64,000 nucleotides of DNA from a virus, in the IMG/VR virus record IMGVR_UViG_3300047557_002951, positions 95,557 to 159,556 of that record; one strand, written 5' to 3'. Below the pieces are notes generated by a model, which saw only the letters and a list, made by a program, of their open reading frames with translations, had not been told where the DNA came from and made no database searches. Positions 27,039 to 35,607 of this stretch are shown here, piece after piece. Within the stretch, counting starts at the first letter, position 1; each line of letters begins with the position of its first letter. A program made the position numbers and the translations under genes.

Positions 27039-28207
27039 AACTCTCCTAAGATTTTTTCTAAAAAATTCATATCTTTATTCGAAACAAATTGATTGTTTCC
27101 AATGTAGATTCCATTCTCATGAAGAATGTCAACATTTAAGTTTTCTGTCTTACCACTGATTGAATATCCTCTGAGATAAGGTTGTCTTAAAAGATTTCCA
27201 CCAACCACTGGTCTATATTCAATTTTATATTTGTTTAGTAAAGAAATTAGTTTCATTTTAATTTCTTTAGTTTTACAAATAAAAGGAAAACAGAAACAAC
27301 TATTACCTTGATTATACACTATTGGATAAAAATTGTCTTTATTTTTTTGGGAGGACATAATTTCTACAAATCTAAAATATGCCTTGTCTCTATTATCAAT
27401 AAACTTGTTAATCCTCTTTAATTGAGATAGTCCTAACACAGCACCAAACTCAGTATTCCTAAAGTTATATCCATCACTCACAAATAGAAATGACTTTTCT
27501 ATTTCTGGATTTTTATTCTCATAGTATTTGAATTGGTCCGAAACTCTTGCCAGTCCGTGAGACCTTTTCATCTTCATCAAATCATATAGTTCCCAACTAT
27601 CAGTAGAAATCATTCCACCTTCTACAGTAGACATATGATGTCCAAAGTAGAAACTAAAAGTTGCACCAAGACTAGTTTTACCTATCTTATTTCCATTTTT
27701 ATCAAGACATCCATGAGACTCACAAACATCATCAATAAACAGTGCGTTCGGAAGTATCTTCTTGTATTCTTCAATCTCTGCAGGAATACCTAATAAATGA
27801 GTTACAAATACTAATTTAATATCTGGATGAGACTTAGATATGGTTTTTAGATTGTCTAAGTCAAAACTATAATTCTCAAGATTTACATCACAAAAAATAG
27901 GAGTAAGTCCCAGTTGAATAATTGGATTGATGTTTGTAACCCAAGTGCAAGATGGAACTAAAACTTTGTCACCTTTTTGGAGACCGTACTTTTCTATTAT
28001 TGCAGAGACTAATAAAAAATTTGCAGTGCTTCCAGAAGTCACAAACAAAGAATACCTACAACCCAACCACTTTGACCACTCTTTTTCAAATTGTTCAACA
28101 TTCTTACCTTGAGTAAACTTATCAGAGGTTAAAACAAACTTAGCAAGTTGAATTCTATCCCATAAAGAGATAGAATTCTTCATAAGTGGCCACTTATAGT
28201 CGGACAT
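27035..28207 (-). CDS. colD: ColD-like GDP-4-keto-6-deoxymannose 3-dehydratase (DegT/DnrJ fold, PLP)
   Basis: SGSTAN, DVCESHG, SFYFGHHMSTVEGG with His at the catalytic Lys position, GYNFR. Confidence 0.75.
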   Translation of the reverse strand: MSDYKWPLMKNSISLWDRIQLAKFVLTSDKFTQGKNVEQFEKEWSKWLGCRYSLFVTSGSTANFLLVSAIIEKYGLQKGDKVLVPSCTWVTNINPIIQLGLTPIFCDVNLENYSFDLDNLKTISKSHPDIKLVFVTHLLGIPAEIEEYKKILPNALFIDDVCESHGCLDKNGNKIGKTSLGATFSFYFGHHMSTVEGGMISTDSWELYDLMKMKRSHGLARVSDQFKYYENKNPEIEKSFLFVSDGYNFRNTEFGAVLGLSQLKRINKFIDNRDKAYFRFVEIMSSQKNKDNFYPIVYNQGNSCFCFPFICKTKEIKMKLISLLNKYKIEYRPVVGGNLLRQPYLRGYSISGKTENLNVDILHENGIYIGNNQFVSNKDMNFLEKILGEL

Positions 28208-29138
28208 AATTACTCCTATTCTTTAGGAACCAATCAATTGTAATTTTTAAACCATCTTCAAGAGAAGTTTTTGCCTTCCATCCTAAGGAATCCATCTTCG
28301 AAGTATCTAGTGCTCTACGAGGAGTGCCATTTGGTTTAGAAGTATCCCAAACTAGCTCTCCAGTATAACCAACCAGGTTAGATACAATCTCAGAAAGTTC
28401 TTTAATACTTACTTCTCTCTCAGGTCCAATATTAATAATTTCAGGATCATCATAGTTATTCATCAAGAAAACAAGACCATCTGCAAGATCATCAGAAAAA
28501 AGAAATTCTCTAGTTGGACTTCCATCACCAAAACACATTACACTTTCCACACCAGAGTCTTTTGCACTCACAAACTTATTGATGAAACTTGGAATTACAT
28601 GACACTGCTCCAGAATAAAATTATCATTAATACCATAAAGATTATTTGGCATTACAGAAACAGTTGGAAATCCATATTGCTCTGTGTATTTTTTACACAT
28701 CATATATCCAGCAATTTTTGCTAGAGAATACGAAATGTTAGTTTCTTCAAGTGGCCCAGTCATCAAATACTCTTCTTTGATAGGAACTGGAGCGTGCTTA
28801 GGATAAATACAAGCAGATCCTAAAAATAGCAACTTCTTGCAACCATTACGATATGCTGCATCAATTACATTCGTTTGGATCTGTAAGTTTTCACGAATAA
28901 AGTCTCCAGGAATTGCTTTGTTATAGCCAATGCCACCTACCTTTGCTGCGCCTAGAAAAACATATTCAGGTCGTTCTTCTGCAAAAAATTCGTCAACATC
29001 TTTCTGAATTCTCAAATCTAATTGTGATCTTGAGCGAGTCAAAAGATTTGTATAACCATTAGATGTCAAATTTCTGGAAATTGCAGAGCCTACAAGTCCT
29101 CTATGTCCTGCAATAAAAATTTTAGAATCAGTTTCCAT
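28194..29138 (-). CDS. fcl: GDP-L-fucose synthase / ColC-type epimerase-reductase
   Basis: [40 protein letters not shown]. Confidence 0.93.
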   Translation of the reverse strand: METDSKIFIAGHRGLVGSAISRNLTSNGYTNLLTRSRSQLDLRIQKDVDEFFAEERPEYVFLGAAKVGGIGYNKAIPGDFIRENLQIQTNVIDAAYRNGCKKLLFLGSACIYPKHAPVPIKEEYLMTGPLEETNISYSLAKIAGYMMCKKYTEQYGFPTVSVMPNNLYGINDNFILEQCHVIPSFINKFVSAKDSGVESVMCFGDGSPTREFLFSDDLADGLVFLMNNYDDPEIINIGPEREVSIKELSEIVSNLVGYTGELVWDTSKPNGTPRRALDTSKMDSLGWKAKTSLEDGLKITIDWFLKNRSNYVRL

Positions 29139-30129
29139 TAATACACATATCCTCAACTAATTGTTTAAAAGAAGTTCTAGGTTCCCATCCTAGTTTTTCT
29201 TTTGCCTTAGTGGCATCACCTAATAAGGTCTCTACTTCAGCAGGTCGAAAATATTTAGGATTGACTCCAATGACTTTTCTTCCAGTAAGTTTATCAATAC
29301 CAACTTCATCCAGACCTTCACCTTCCCAGATAATATTCATGCCAAAATATGGTGCCGCCTCTTCAACAAACTGACGAACTGAATATTGTTCTCCTGTAGC
29401 AATCACATAATCATCTGGTTCGTCTTGCTGAAGCATCAGCCACATCGCCTCCACAAAGTCTTTTGCATGTCCCCAATCACGCTTTGCATTCAGATTCCCG
29501 AGATATAGTACATCTTGTTCCCCAGTTGAAACAGATGATAATCCTCTAGTGATTTTTCTTGTGACAAAAGTTTCTCCTCTTCTAGGGGATTCGTGATTGA
29601 AAAGAATTCCAGAACTTGCATGTAGTCCATAAGATTCTCTGTAGTTTTTGACGATCCAATATCCATAAAGTTTTGCGACTCCATATGGCGAACGAGGGTA
29701 AAATGGTGTTGTTTCTCTTTGAGGAATTTCTTGGACTAATCCATAAAGTTCTGAAGTAGATGCTTGATAAATTCTAATGGAATCTTCCATTCCAAGCAAT
29801 CTAACAGCTTCAAGAATACGAAGAGTCCCTAGTGCATCAACTTGCCCTGTATATTCTGGAGTTTCAAAAGAAACCTTGACATGACTTTGCGCACCCAAAT
29901 TATAAATTTCAGTTGGTTTAACCTTTTGAATAATACCAACAAGATTTGTGGAGTCTGTCAAATCCCCATAGTGAAGATGAAGTTTATTGTAAATATGGTC
30001 AATTCTCTTTGTGTTGATGGAAGACGACCTACGAACAATGCCATGGACTTCGTATCCTTTATCCAAAAGAAGTTCCGCAAGATATGAGCCATCTTGGCCA
30101 GAAATTCCACTAATTAAAGCTTTTTTCAT
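29128..30129 (-). CDS. gmd: GDP-mannose 4,6-dehydratase
   Basis: [41 protein letters not shown]. Confidence 0.97.
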   Translation of the reverse strand: MKKALISGISGQDGSYLAELLLDKGYEVHGIVRRSSSINTKRIDHIYNKLHLHYGDLTDSTNLVGIIQKVKPTEIYNLGAQSHVKVSFETPEYTGQVDALGTLRILEAVRLLGMEDSIRIYQASTSELYGLVQEIPQRETTPFYPRSPYGVAKLYGYWIVKNYRESYGLHASSGILFNHESPRRGETFVTRKITRGLSSVSTGEQDVLYLGNLNAKRDWGHAKDFVEAMWLMLQQDEPDDYVIATGEQYSVRQFVEEAAPYFGMNIIWEGEGLDEVGIDKLTGRKVIGVNPKYFRPAEVETLLGDATKAKEKLGWEPRTSFKQLVEDMCINGN

Positions 30130-30132
30130 AAA

Positions 30133-30474
30133 TTAGATTCTCCCATAATCATCTTGAATTCTAACGATGTCTTCCTCATCGCATATTTTTCCTAATTGAA
30201 TTTCAATAATCATTATACCATCATTTCCACCAGAAACTCTATGTCTGAAATTTAATGGTACGAATATATAGTCTCCAACTTTGACCTCTCTAACCACATC
30301 ATCTAAATCAACTGTACCACTACCAGAAACTACAACCCAATATTCGTTTCTATGATTATGGTATTGTAGTGATATTTTTTCATTTGGTTTTATATAAAGT
30401 CTTTTTACTTTATATCCATTCTCTTCCTGTAAGTTTTCGTACCATCCCCAAGGTCTATTCACTTTCTCTATCAT
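30133..30474 (-). CDS. mannose-6-phosphate isomerase cupin domain (type II C-terminal)
   Basis: RPWG, SLQYHNHRNEYWVVV, EIQLG..DEEDIVR. Confidence 0.88.
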   Translation of the reverse strand: MIEKVNRPWGWYENLQEENGYKVKRLYIKPNEKISLQYHNHRNEYWVVVSGSGTVDLDDVVREVKVGDYIFVPLNFRHRVSGGNDGIMIIEIQLGKICDEEDIVRIQDDYGRI

Positions 30475-31295
30475 ACTTCACAATTAGTAAAATCTACTTG
30501 TCCATTTCTAGTTGCCCAAATTGGATATTCTCTACCATAGGTGTTCCATATCTTTGCTTGTTCTGGACCAACAGGAACTCCAGATAATTCAGCAGCATTC
30601 CAGATTGTTTCATATGTGTCATCTTCATGGAAGGTAAAATCGTGCGTTTCTGCTTTTTTCTTTAAAAGCAAAGACCAAATAGATTGATCGTGACGATTTT
30701 CTCTAAAGATACTATTATTAGGAAGCATTGAAGGACTATCATCCAAATACCTTCCACTATCTTCGACACAAATATCCATCCATTTTTGAACCAATTCTTT
30801 TATCATTACAGTATTCTTTAAAAGAAAGATACCAGAAATAATTTGTCTGGTCATTAGATACCTATCATCATTTCCAATAATATGACGATAGGTATCCATT
30901 TTCGTCCACTGAATTTCTGGTAGATCTAATGTAAAAAACACTCCTTCTGTATCCAAACATTCTTGATAATATTGTTGAAGTTTTTCTAGTCCGTTTTTAT
31001 TCAGTTCACAACCAGAATCAACATAAAGCAAAACATCATTTTCTGGAATAGAATTTAATGCTTGCAGAATAAAATAAGGTTTACATGCATAATAACCATA
31101 GTATCTACGCTGCATTCCAGAACGCTGAGTCATCATCGACTTTGCGTGATTTTCCCAAAATGAATTATTTTCTAAATCTTTTTCACCATATTCAAAAATA
31201 GATTTAAAAACTCCAAAATTATCTGCTTGCGCTCTGATTCTATTTTTACCAATAGAAAAGTTATTGTCACCAAAATAGGTTAAATGTAAATCCAT
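30471..31295 (-). CDS. putative glycosyltransferase
   Basis: KPYFI, LYVDSG, RHDQS motifs. Confidence 0.65.
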   Translation of the reverse strand: MDLHLTYFGDNNFSIGKNRIRAQADNFGVFKSIFEYGEKDLENNSFWENHAKSMMTQRSGMQRRYYGYYACKPYFILQALNSIPENDVLLYVDSGCELNKNGLEKLQQYYQECLDTEGVFFTLDLPEIQWTKMDTYRHIIGNDDRYLMTRQIISGIFLLKNTVMIKELVQKWMDICVEDSGRYLDDSPSMLPNNSIFRENRHDQSIWSLLLKKKAETHDFTFHEDDTYETIWNAAELSGVPVGPEQAKIWNTYGREYPIWATRNGQVDFTNCEV

Positions 31296-31319
31296 GCTTT
31301 AGTTATGGCCGATATATGT

Positions 31320-31356
31320 ATTATACCAAAAAAGAGGAGCTGTTGTCAACTCCTCC
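31320..31356 (-). promoter_or_regulatory. terminator hairpin overlapping the sigma70 promoter of the glycosylation island
   Basis: GAGGAG-TTGACAACAG-CTCCTC + T6, then TATAAT. Confidence 0.7.
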
Positions 31357-31367
31357 GATCAGGTCTG

Positions 31368-31445
31368 CCATGCACGCCACCAATTCTTTAACTGGAAATT
31401 GGAAACCAGGCGGAGAATTAATTCCCCATCCGCACCAGGGCAAGA
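31368..31445 (-). ncRNA. wcaG-like structured RNA
   Basis: Two UGGYG elements, stems GCGGA/TCCGC and CCAATT/AATTGG, possible CTGG/CCAG pseudoknot; upstream of gmd/fcl genes; family name from recall. Confidence 0.65.
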
Positions 31446-31643
31446 TTATTGTCGTTCCGAGACAAAATTATTGATAATTTCCGATTGCTTAAGAACTTGA
31501 TCTAGAGTTGGAAACTCTGGAAATTCTGATTTACCAGAATTTTGATGTTCCAAATTAGAAATCTCATATTTCATACAGTATTCATCATGTAACATATTAT
31601 ATGCTTGCTTGAAAATTTCAAATCGTAATTCATAAGGTGTCAT
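31446..31643 (-). CDS. hypothetical protein
   Basis: AAGGA RBS; MTPYELRFEIFKQA. Confidence 0.7.
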   Translation of the reverse strand: MTPYELRFEIFKQAYNMLHDEYCMKYEISNLEHQNSGKSEFPEFPTLDQVLKQSEIINNFVSERQ

Positions 31644-31675
31644 TTGTTTTTCCTTTGTATGTGTGTTGTGTGTGT

Positions 31676-31762
31676 TGGGTCATTGGCTCCACCAGTACTT
31701 TTAAAGTCTCTCCGTGACTAAAGGATCGCTCCGACCAGGATTTTTAAAGTCTCTCCATGACT
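31676..31762 (-). repeat. tandem duplicated structured element
   Basis: AGTCAYGGAGAGACTTTAAAA..CTGGT twice. Confidence 0.7.
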
Positions 31763-31986
31763 CAAGCAGGGACATCAACCTGAAGATCTTCACAAAGAAG
31801 ACTCAGAATCAGTTCGTAATCTGCCTCAGATTCGTTATAAAATTCTACTCCTTGCTCCTCATAAAACTTTTTAATTTTTTTGAAAAGCTTTGGTTGATCA
31901 TATTCAAGATCAATTTCTCGATTTGCTGCTCGTGTGAGTGTATAAATTGATTTACGAAATTTAGAGTTAAAAGAATAGTCAGACAT
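31762..31986 (-). CDS. hypothetical protein
   Basis: Likely start MSDYSF; TTGACA/TATACT promoter upstream. Confidence 0.6.
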   Translation of the reverse strand: MSDYSFNSKFRKSIYTLTRAANREIDLEYDQPKLFKKIKKFYEEQGVEFYNESEADYELILSLLCEDLQVDVPA

Positions 31987-32059
31987 GTGTTGAATTAAAT
32001 TCGTTCTTAGTATAGAGTAAATGCTGAGTTTTGTCAAGTAGATGAGCGATTAAGAAATC

Positions 32060-32269
32060 TTATGACGCTTCTTCGTGGTCTGTATGAATTTTTATAAAAT
32101 CTTCGTCCGTGGAAGTTCCCCCATATGATTCTACGATCTCATTATAAGGAACAATCACCGCGTTTCCATATTCACTACTTATGATGAATGATTCTCCGTT
32201 TTCTACTCTTGTCATCAGATTGTCGAAGTCTGCTTGAAATTCTTCTACTGTAAATGTTTGCATTTTCAT
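32060..32269 (-). CDS. Phd/YefM antitoxin-like protein
   Basis: FTVEEFQADFDNLMTRVENGESFIISS resembles the Phd N-terminal DNA-binding fold. Confidence 0.55.
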   Translation of the reverse strand: MKMQTFTVEEFQADFDNLMTRVENGESFIISSEYGNAVIVPYNEIVESYGGTSTDEDFIKIHTDHEEAS

Positions 32270-32286
32270 AAATTAGAGTTTTATGA

Positions 32287-32362
32287 TCCGGATATTCAGA
32301 TTTGAACTGAAATTATTCCTGCTCCCAAAGCAGGTGCCATGACCAAGTTAGGCGATATCCGG
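32287..32362 (-). tRNA. trnP: tRNA-Pro(UGG)
   Basis: Cloverleaf; anticodon arm CCTGC-TTTGGGA-GCAGG. Confidence 0.9.
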
Positions 32363-32723
32363 ATGTTAATGTATATAGTACCACAAGAACCCAGAATCGT
32401 CAAGCATCTTCTTCATCCTCATATGAACTGGGTTCTTCGAAGAGTTCCACCATTTTCAATTGTAAAACTCTTTCTTGTAATTTTTCTAAGTCTTGTTCAG
32501 TAATTTCGCTCATCACCTAAAAATTTTGCCAATGGATCTTTTTTCGTTTTTACGATTTCACATGCTCTTTTGTAAAACATATTATCTAAGTTCCCAGAAG
32601 CCTCAAAAGTTTCTTTTATCTTAACCCAATTACTATAGGTTCGGTCGTCCATTGAGGCACTCCTGCATATTGATACTAATTATAATCTGCAGGATTTTTA
32701 TGTCAATCTCATGTTAGCGAATC

Positions 32724-33095
32724 TTAATATCCATGATTCATGATTGTCTTTGTGTATTTTCTTAAGATCTCGCCAGCCCTTGAATTTGCCTCATTCTCAC
32801 ATTCACTGCCAGTATCTCCACTCATTTCTTTACCACTTTGTTTTTGATGATAATGAACTAACTCATGAGCAAGAGTCCTATAAACATCTAATGGATGTCT
32901 TTTTGCAGTCTGGACTTTAATTTCATCTGTACCTAAATTAAAACAGCCAAAAGTTTTATTGTCGATAGAAAACTGTGGGTCATCTATAACAACAACTTTA
33001 GGTAAGTTTGTTAGGCCAAGTTCATCCTTTACAAAGTTCATAAAGTCCTTAACCTGGACTTTCTTTGATTCATTTAGAAACTCTCTAAATCTCAT
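32724..33095 (-). CDS. HEXXH zinc metallopeptidase-like late protein
   Basis: TLAHELVH...ENEAN; N-terminus MRFREFLNE. Confidence 0.75.
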   Translation of the reverse strand: MRFREFLNESKKVQVKDFMNFVKDELGLTNLPKVVVIDDPQFSIDNKTFGCFNLGTDEIKVQTAKRHPLDVYRTLAHELVHYHQKQSGKEMSGDTGSECENEANSRAGEILRKYTKTIMNHGY

Positions 33096-33110
33096 GAGTT
33101 TTTTATATAT

Positions 33111-33362
33111 TTATCGAACTTCAAAATCAAGTTTGCGAACTTTGCGTTGTCGTCTTTCTTCTTGCCAGCGAATATCTTCATTTGTCAGAACTCTATTTGA
33201 TTCTTTCTGAACATAAGAATTTAACATGACTATCTTAGATAAATCCATGGCAGATATTTTGTCACCTTTAATGGTTGCCATGTTGAGACAGCCGCAAGAT
33301 CTGGATTGGCCTGGATGCCCAATCACCTCAGTATTGCATTCTTTGCATCTTATTTTTAGCAT
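33111..33362 (-). CDS. Zn-ribbon hypothetical protein
   Basis: CKEC...CGC. Confidence 0.65.
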   Translation of the reverse strand: MLKIRCKECNTEVIGHPGQSRSCGCLNMATIKGDKISAMDLSKIVMLNSYVQKESNRVLTNEDIRWQEERRQRKVRKLDFEVR

Positions 33363-33440
33363 TTTGATTCATAATGTGTATTTGGATCTTATTATTTATC
33401 ATTAAAAAACTCACCTTCTCCACAAGAAGGTGAGTAAAAA

Positions 33441-33511
33441 AGCGGATGATCGGTTCTGCCCCGACGACCTCTGGGTGGAAACCAGAAATTATACTATTTA
33501 ACTACATCCGC
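33441..33511 (-). tRNA. trnG: tRNA-Gly(UCC), atypical T-loop
   Basis: Acceptor GCGGATG/CATCCGC; arm TCTGG-TTTCCAC-CCAGA; T-loop GGCAGAA. Confidence 0.75.
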
Positions 33512-33770
33512 AGTAATAAGGTAATTATACCCTATTTATGATCTTATGTCAAGAGTTTTTTGATACTACTTCAAGATCAGTTCCAATGGCACGAAGCCAG
33601 GTGTTTAGATTTTCCATAAGAAATTCATCTGATGGATTCTCGAAGTTAATACGAATGTCACGGATGGTATCATGATTTTCGTTTCGTGCGGAGTATCCTA
33701 GGTCGTATGAGATGTTCATTTGGGTCTTATATGTTGTTGGAGTTATTATAGCATGTTTGTTGGGGGTTTG

Positions 33771-34730
33771 TCAAGTACTCCACAAATCTTTGGCGTGAAT
33801 TTCGCGGTGACAATTACTACAAACTATTATGCAGTTTTCCAGTTCTTTCTTTTGGCGTTCAAATCCCCAATAACAAAATCGTCTAGAATATGTTGGAGAT
33901 TTTTTACTTGGATCTACATGATGAAACTCTAATGAATTGATGCATTGATCATATCCACACACAGAACAACAACCACCCATATATTCAACTGATTTTTCTT
34001 TTCCCTTTATTCCCCTCTCAACAAAATTTTTACTATCACAAGATTTGCATGTTTTACTATGAGTCCCAGATCCGGTATTTTCTTCTGTGAGAACTATATC
34101 ACATTGTTTACAAGAATTTTTTCCAGTATTTCTACCAGTAAAGATAACATCCGAAAGATTATTCACTAGATTAGCCGAAAATTCTTTTTCTAGTTTCTTC
34201 CTTTTGTTAATTATATTATGTTCTTCTCGGTGGCAATTAGAACAAAGTAAAACACATTTATTCAGTTCATTTCTAATCGTATCCCAAGTCTTATTCATCA
34301 TTTTTGATGGATTAAATTCTTTTTCTTTCGGGTTCAAATGATGAAAATCTAGGGCAGTTAAATTTTTGTCATATCCACATTTTTGACATTGATTTCCTTT
34401 ATACTCTACGCACTTTTGCTTAAAAAACAATCTTTTGTTTAGAGTATTATTGCAATAGCAAGATTTACAGTACGAAGAATAAGTATTTTTATTTTTTCTA
34501 TCATATGCATTTTCTGGAGTTAACTTTGCATTACAAGAACAACAGTATTGATTATTTTTATCTACTCTTTTTGGATAATTATAACCCTGCGTAAAAGATT
34601 TATTTTTAGTTTTTAGATTAAATTTCTTTAACCAGTATCTTATAGTCGTTTGTCCCTTATTAAAATAAAGAGCTAATTCTCTCATGGACATACCTTGTTC
34701 CACAAGAGACGCTAGTAGGTCTCTATTCAA
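33771..34730 (-). CDS. free-standing endonuclease with N-terminal HTH and two tandem HNH domains
   Basis: Two copies of CxxCGYD...L(D/E)FHH..P...ELxxCxxxCSNCHRExH; HTH GMSMRELA...TIRYWL. Confidence 0.85.
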   Translation of the reverse strand: MNRDLLASLVEQGMSMRELALYFNKGQTTIRYWLKKFNLKTKNKSFTQGYNYPKRVDKNNQYCCSCNAKLTPENAYDRKNKNTYSSYCKSCYCNNTLNKRLFFKQKCVEYKGNQCQKCGYDKNLTALDFHHLNPKEKEFNPSKMMNKTWDTIRNELNKCVLLCSNCHREEHNIINKRKKLEKEFSANLVNNLSDVIFTGRNTGKNSCKQCDIVLTEENTGSGTHSKTCKSCDSKNFVERGIKGKEKSVEYMGGCCSVCGYDQCINSLEFHHVDPSKKSPTYSRRFCYWGFERQKKELENCIIVCSNCHREIHAKDLWST

Positions 34731-34743
34731 TTCTTATTCTCCG

Positions 34744-34837
34744 TAGTTGATTGGCATTATTATTTATACAAGAAAAGGAGCATTTCTGCTCCTTTTCCAC
34801 CTTAAAGACGCCAATCAACTAAGGCATTTTTATTTAG
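34744..34837 (-). ncRNA. late promoter / small RNA / terminator / late promoter cassette, copy 2
   Basis: Shares scaffold with 17243-17340; see findings. Confidence 0.6.
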
Positions 34838-34847
34838 TTGTTTTCAA

Positions 34848-34920
34848 CAGGCGCATCTGGATTCGAACCAGAGATGAGGAGGTAGAAGCTCCTAGTGATA
34901 ATCCACTTCACCATGCGCCC
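34848..34920 (-). tRNA. trnR: tRNA-Arg(UCU)
   Basis: Arm AGGAG-CTTCTAC-CTCCT; GGTTCGAATCC. Confidence 0.92.
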
Positions 34921-34961
34921 ATAACAAGACAATCATAACATATTTATGTCATATTGTCAAG

Positions 34962-35241
34962 TCCGGAATGACAGATTCGAACTGTCCCTTGAGCGATTTT
35001 CTTACCACTATAGTTTTCACTACCAATCATAAGATCGTTTGTGGTCTGGACTTTCTCTTTTCCATATCCATAAGGACTTAGGAACCACCTTTTAAGTCTC
35101 TACACCTTCATCTTACGATGCTTGGCTCGGGATTGCCATTTTAAAGGTTTCCCCGAATTTAAGTGGATTCACACACAGAGTTTCCAACTGTGGTGCTCAA
35201 ATTATTTAAGTCGCTTGCCTCTTCCGCTGGGCTAATTCCGG
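34962..35241 (-). tRNA. trnL: tRNA-Leu(UAA), intron-containing (exons 35241-35208 and 35000-34962)
   Basis: Spliced arm AGCGA-CTT/AAAA-TCGCT; acceptor CCGGAAT/ATTCCGG. Confidence 0.88.
35001..35207 (-). ncRNA. group I intron of the trnL(UAA) type (207 nt)
   Basis: Starts AAATAATTTGAGC after U34; core AAATTCGGGGAAACC, GGCAATCCCGAGCC, GTGTAGAGACTT, AAGAGAAAGTCC; ends in G. Confidence 0.9.
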
Positions 35242-35268
35242 AAGTATAAGACTCATAAAAGAGTCTAG

Positions 35269-35340
35269 TGGTTCTGCAGAGAATTGAACTCTGTTCACAG
35301 CTTTATAAGAACTGGGCCTTAACCAATAGGCGACAGAACC
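35269..35340 (-). tRNA. trnI: tRNA-Ile(UAU)
   Basis: Arm CAGTT-CTTATAA-AGCTG; acceptor GGTTCTG/CAGAACC. Confidence 0.85.
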
Positions 35341-35379
35341 AATAAGACAATCGTACCACATAAGAAGTAGATTGTCAAG

Positions 35380-35461
35380 TCCTCGTTTTCAGATTTGAAC
35401 TGAAACTCCGTTAGGAAACGGTTTTTGAGACCGTCGCGGCTACCGATTACGCCAAACGAGG
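35380..35461 (-). tRNA. trnL: tRNA-Leu(CAA)
   Basis: Arm ACGGT-CTCAAAA-ACCGT with variable arm. Confidence 0.9.
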
Positions 35462-35607
35462 AAGTGAAACAATCATACCACATAAGAAGTAGGTTGTCAA
35501 GTATCAGTTCCATAAGATCCAAATCTCCGAAACCAACAAGACAATCATAGCACATAAGAAGCGGATTGTCAAGTCCTTACACAAGAGATCAAATAGTTTA
35601 AAAGTTA

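Larger units (their letters stand above)
34926..35574 (-). repeat. four copies of a ~36-nt sigma70 promoter repeat between tRNA units
   Basis: ACTTGACAA..CTTCTTATGTG.TAYGATTGT at about 35344, 35469, 35538 and a diverged copy at 34926; TTGACA-17-TAYGAT. Confidence 0.8.

Noticed and set aside
34848-34920. Amber suppressor tRNA (CTA in the anticodon loop)
   Set aside because: The 5-bp stem fixes the loop as CT-TCT-AC, so the anticodon is UCU (Arg); TAG is used as a normal stop elsewhere
34926-35574. CRISPR-like repeat-spacer array
   Set aside because: Repeats are TTGACA-17-TAYGAT promoters, the intervening units are mostly tRNAs of unequal length, and no cas gene is in the window
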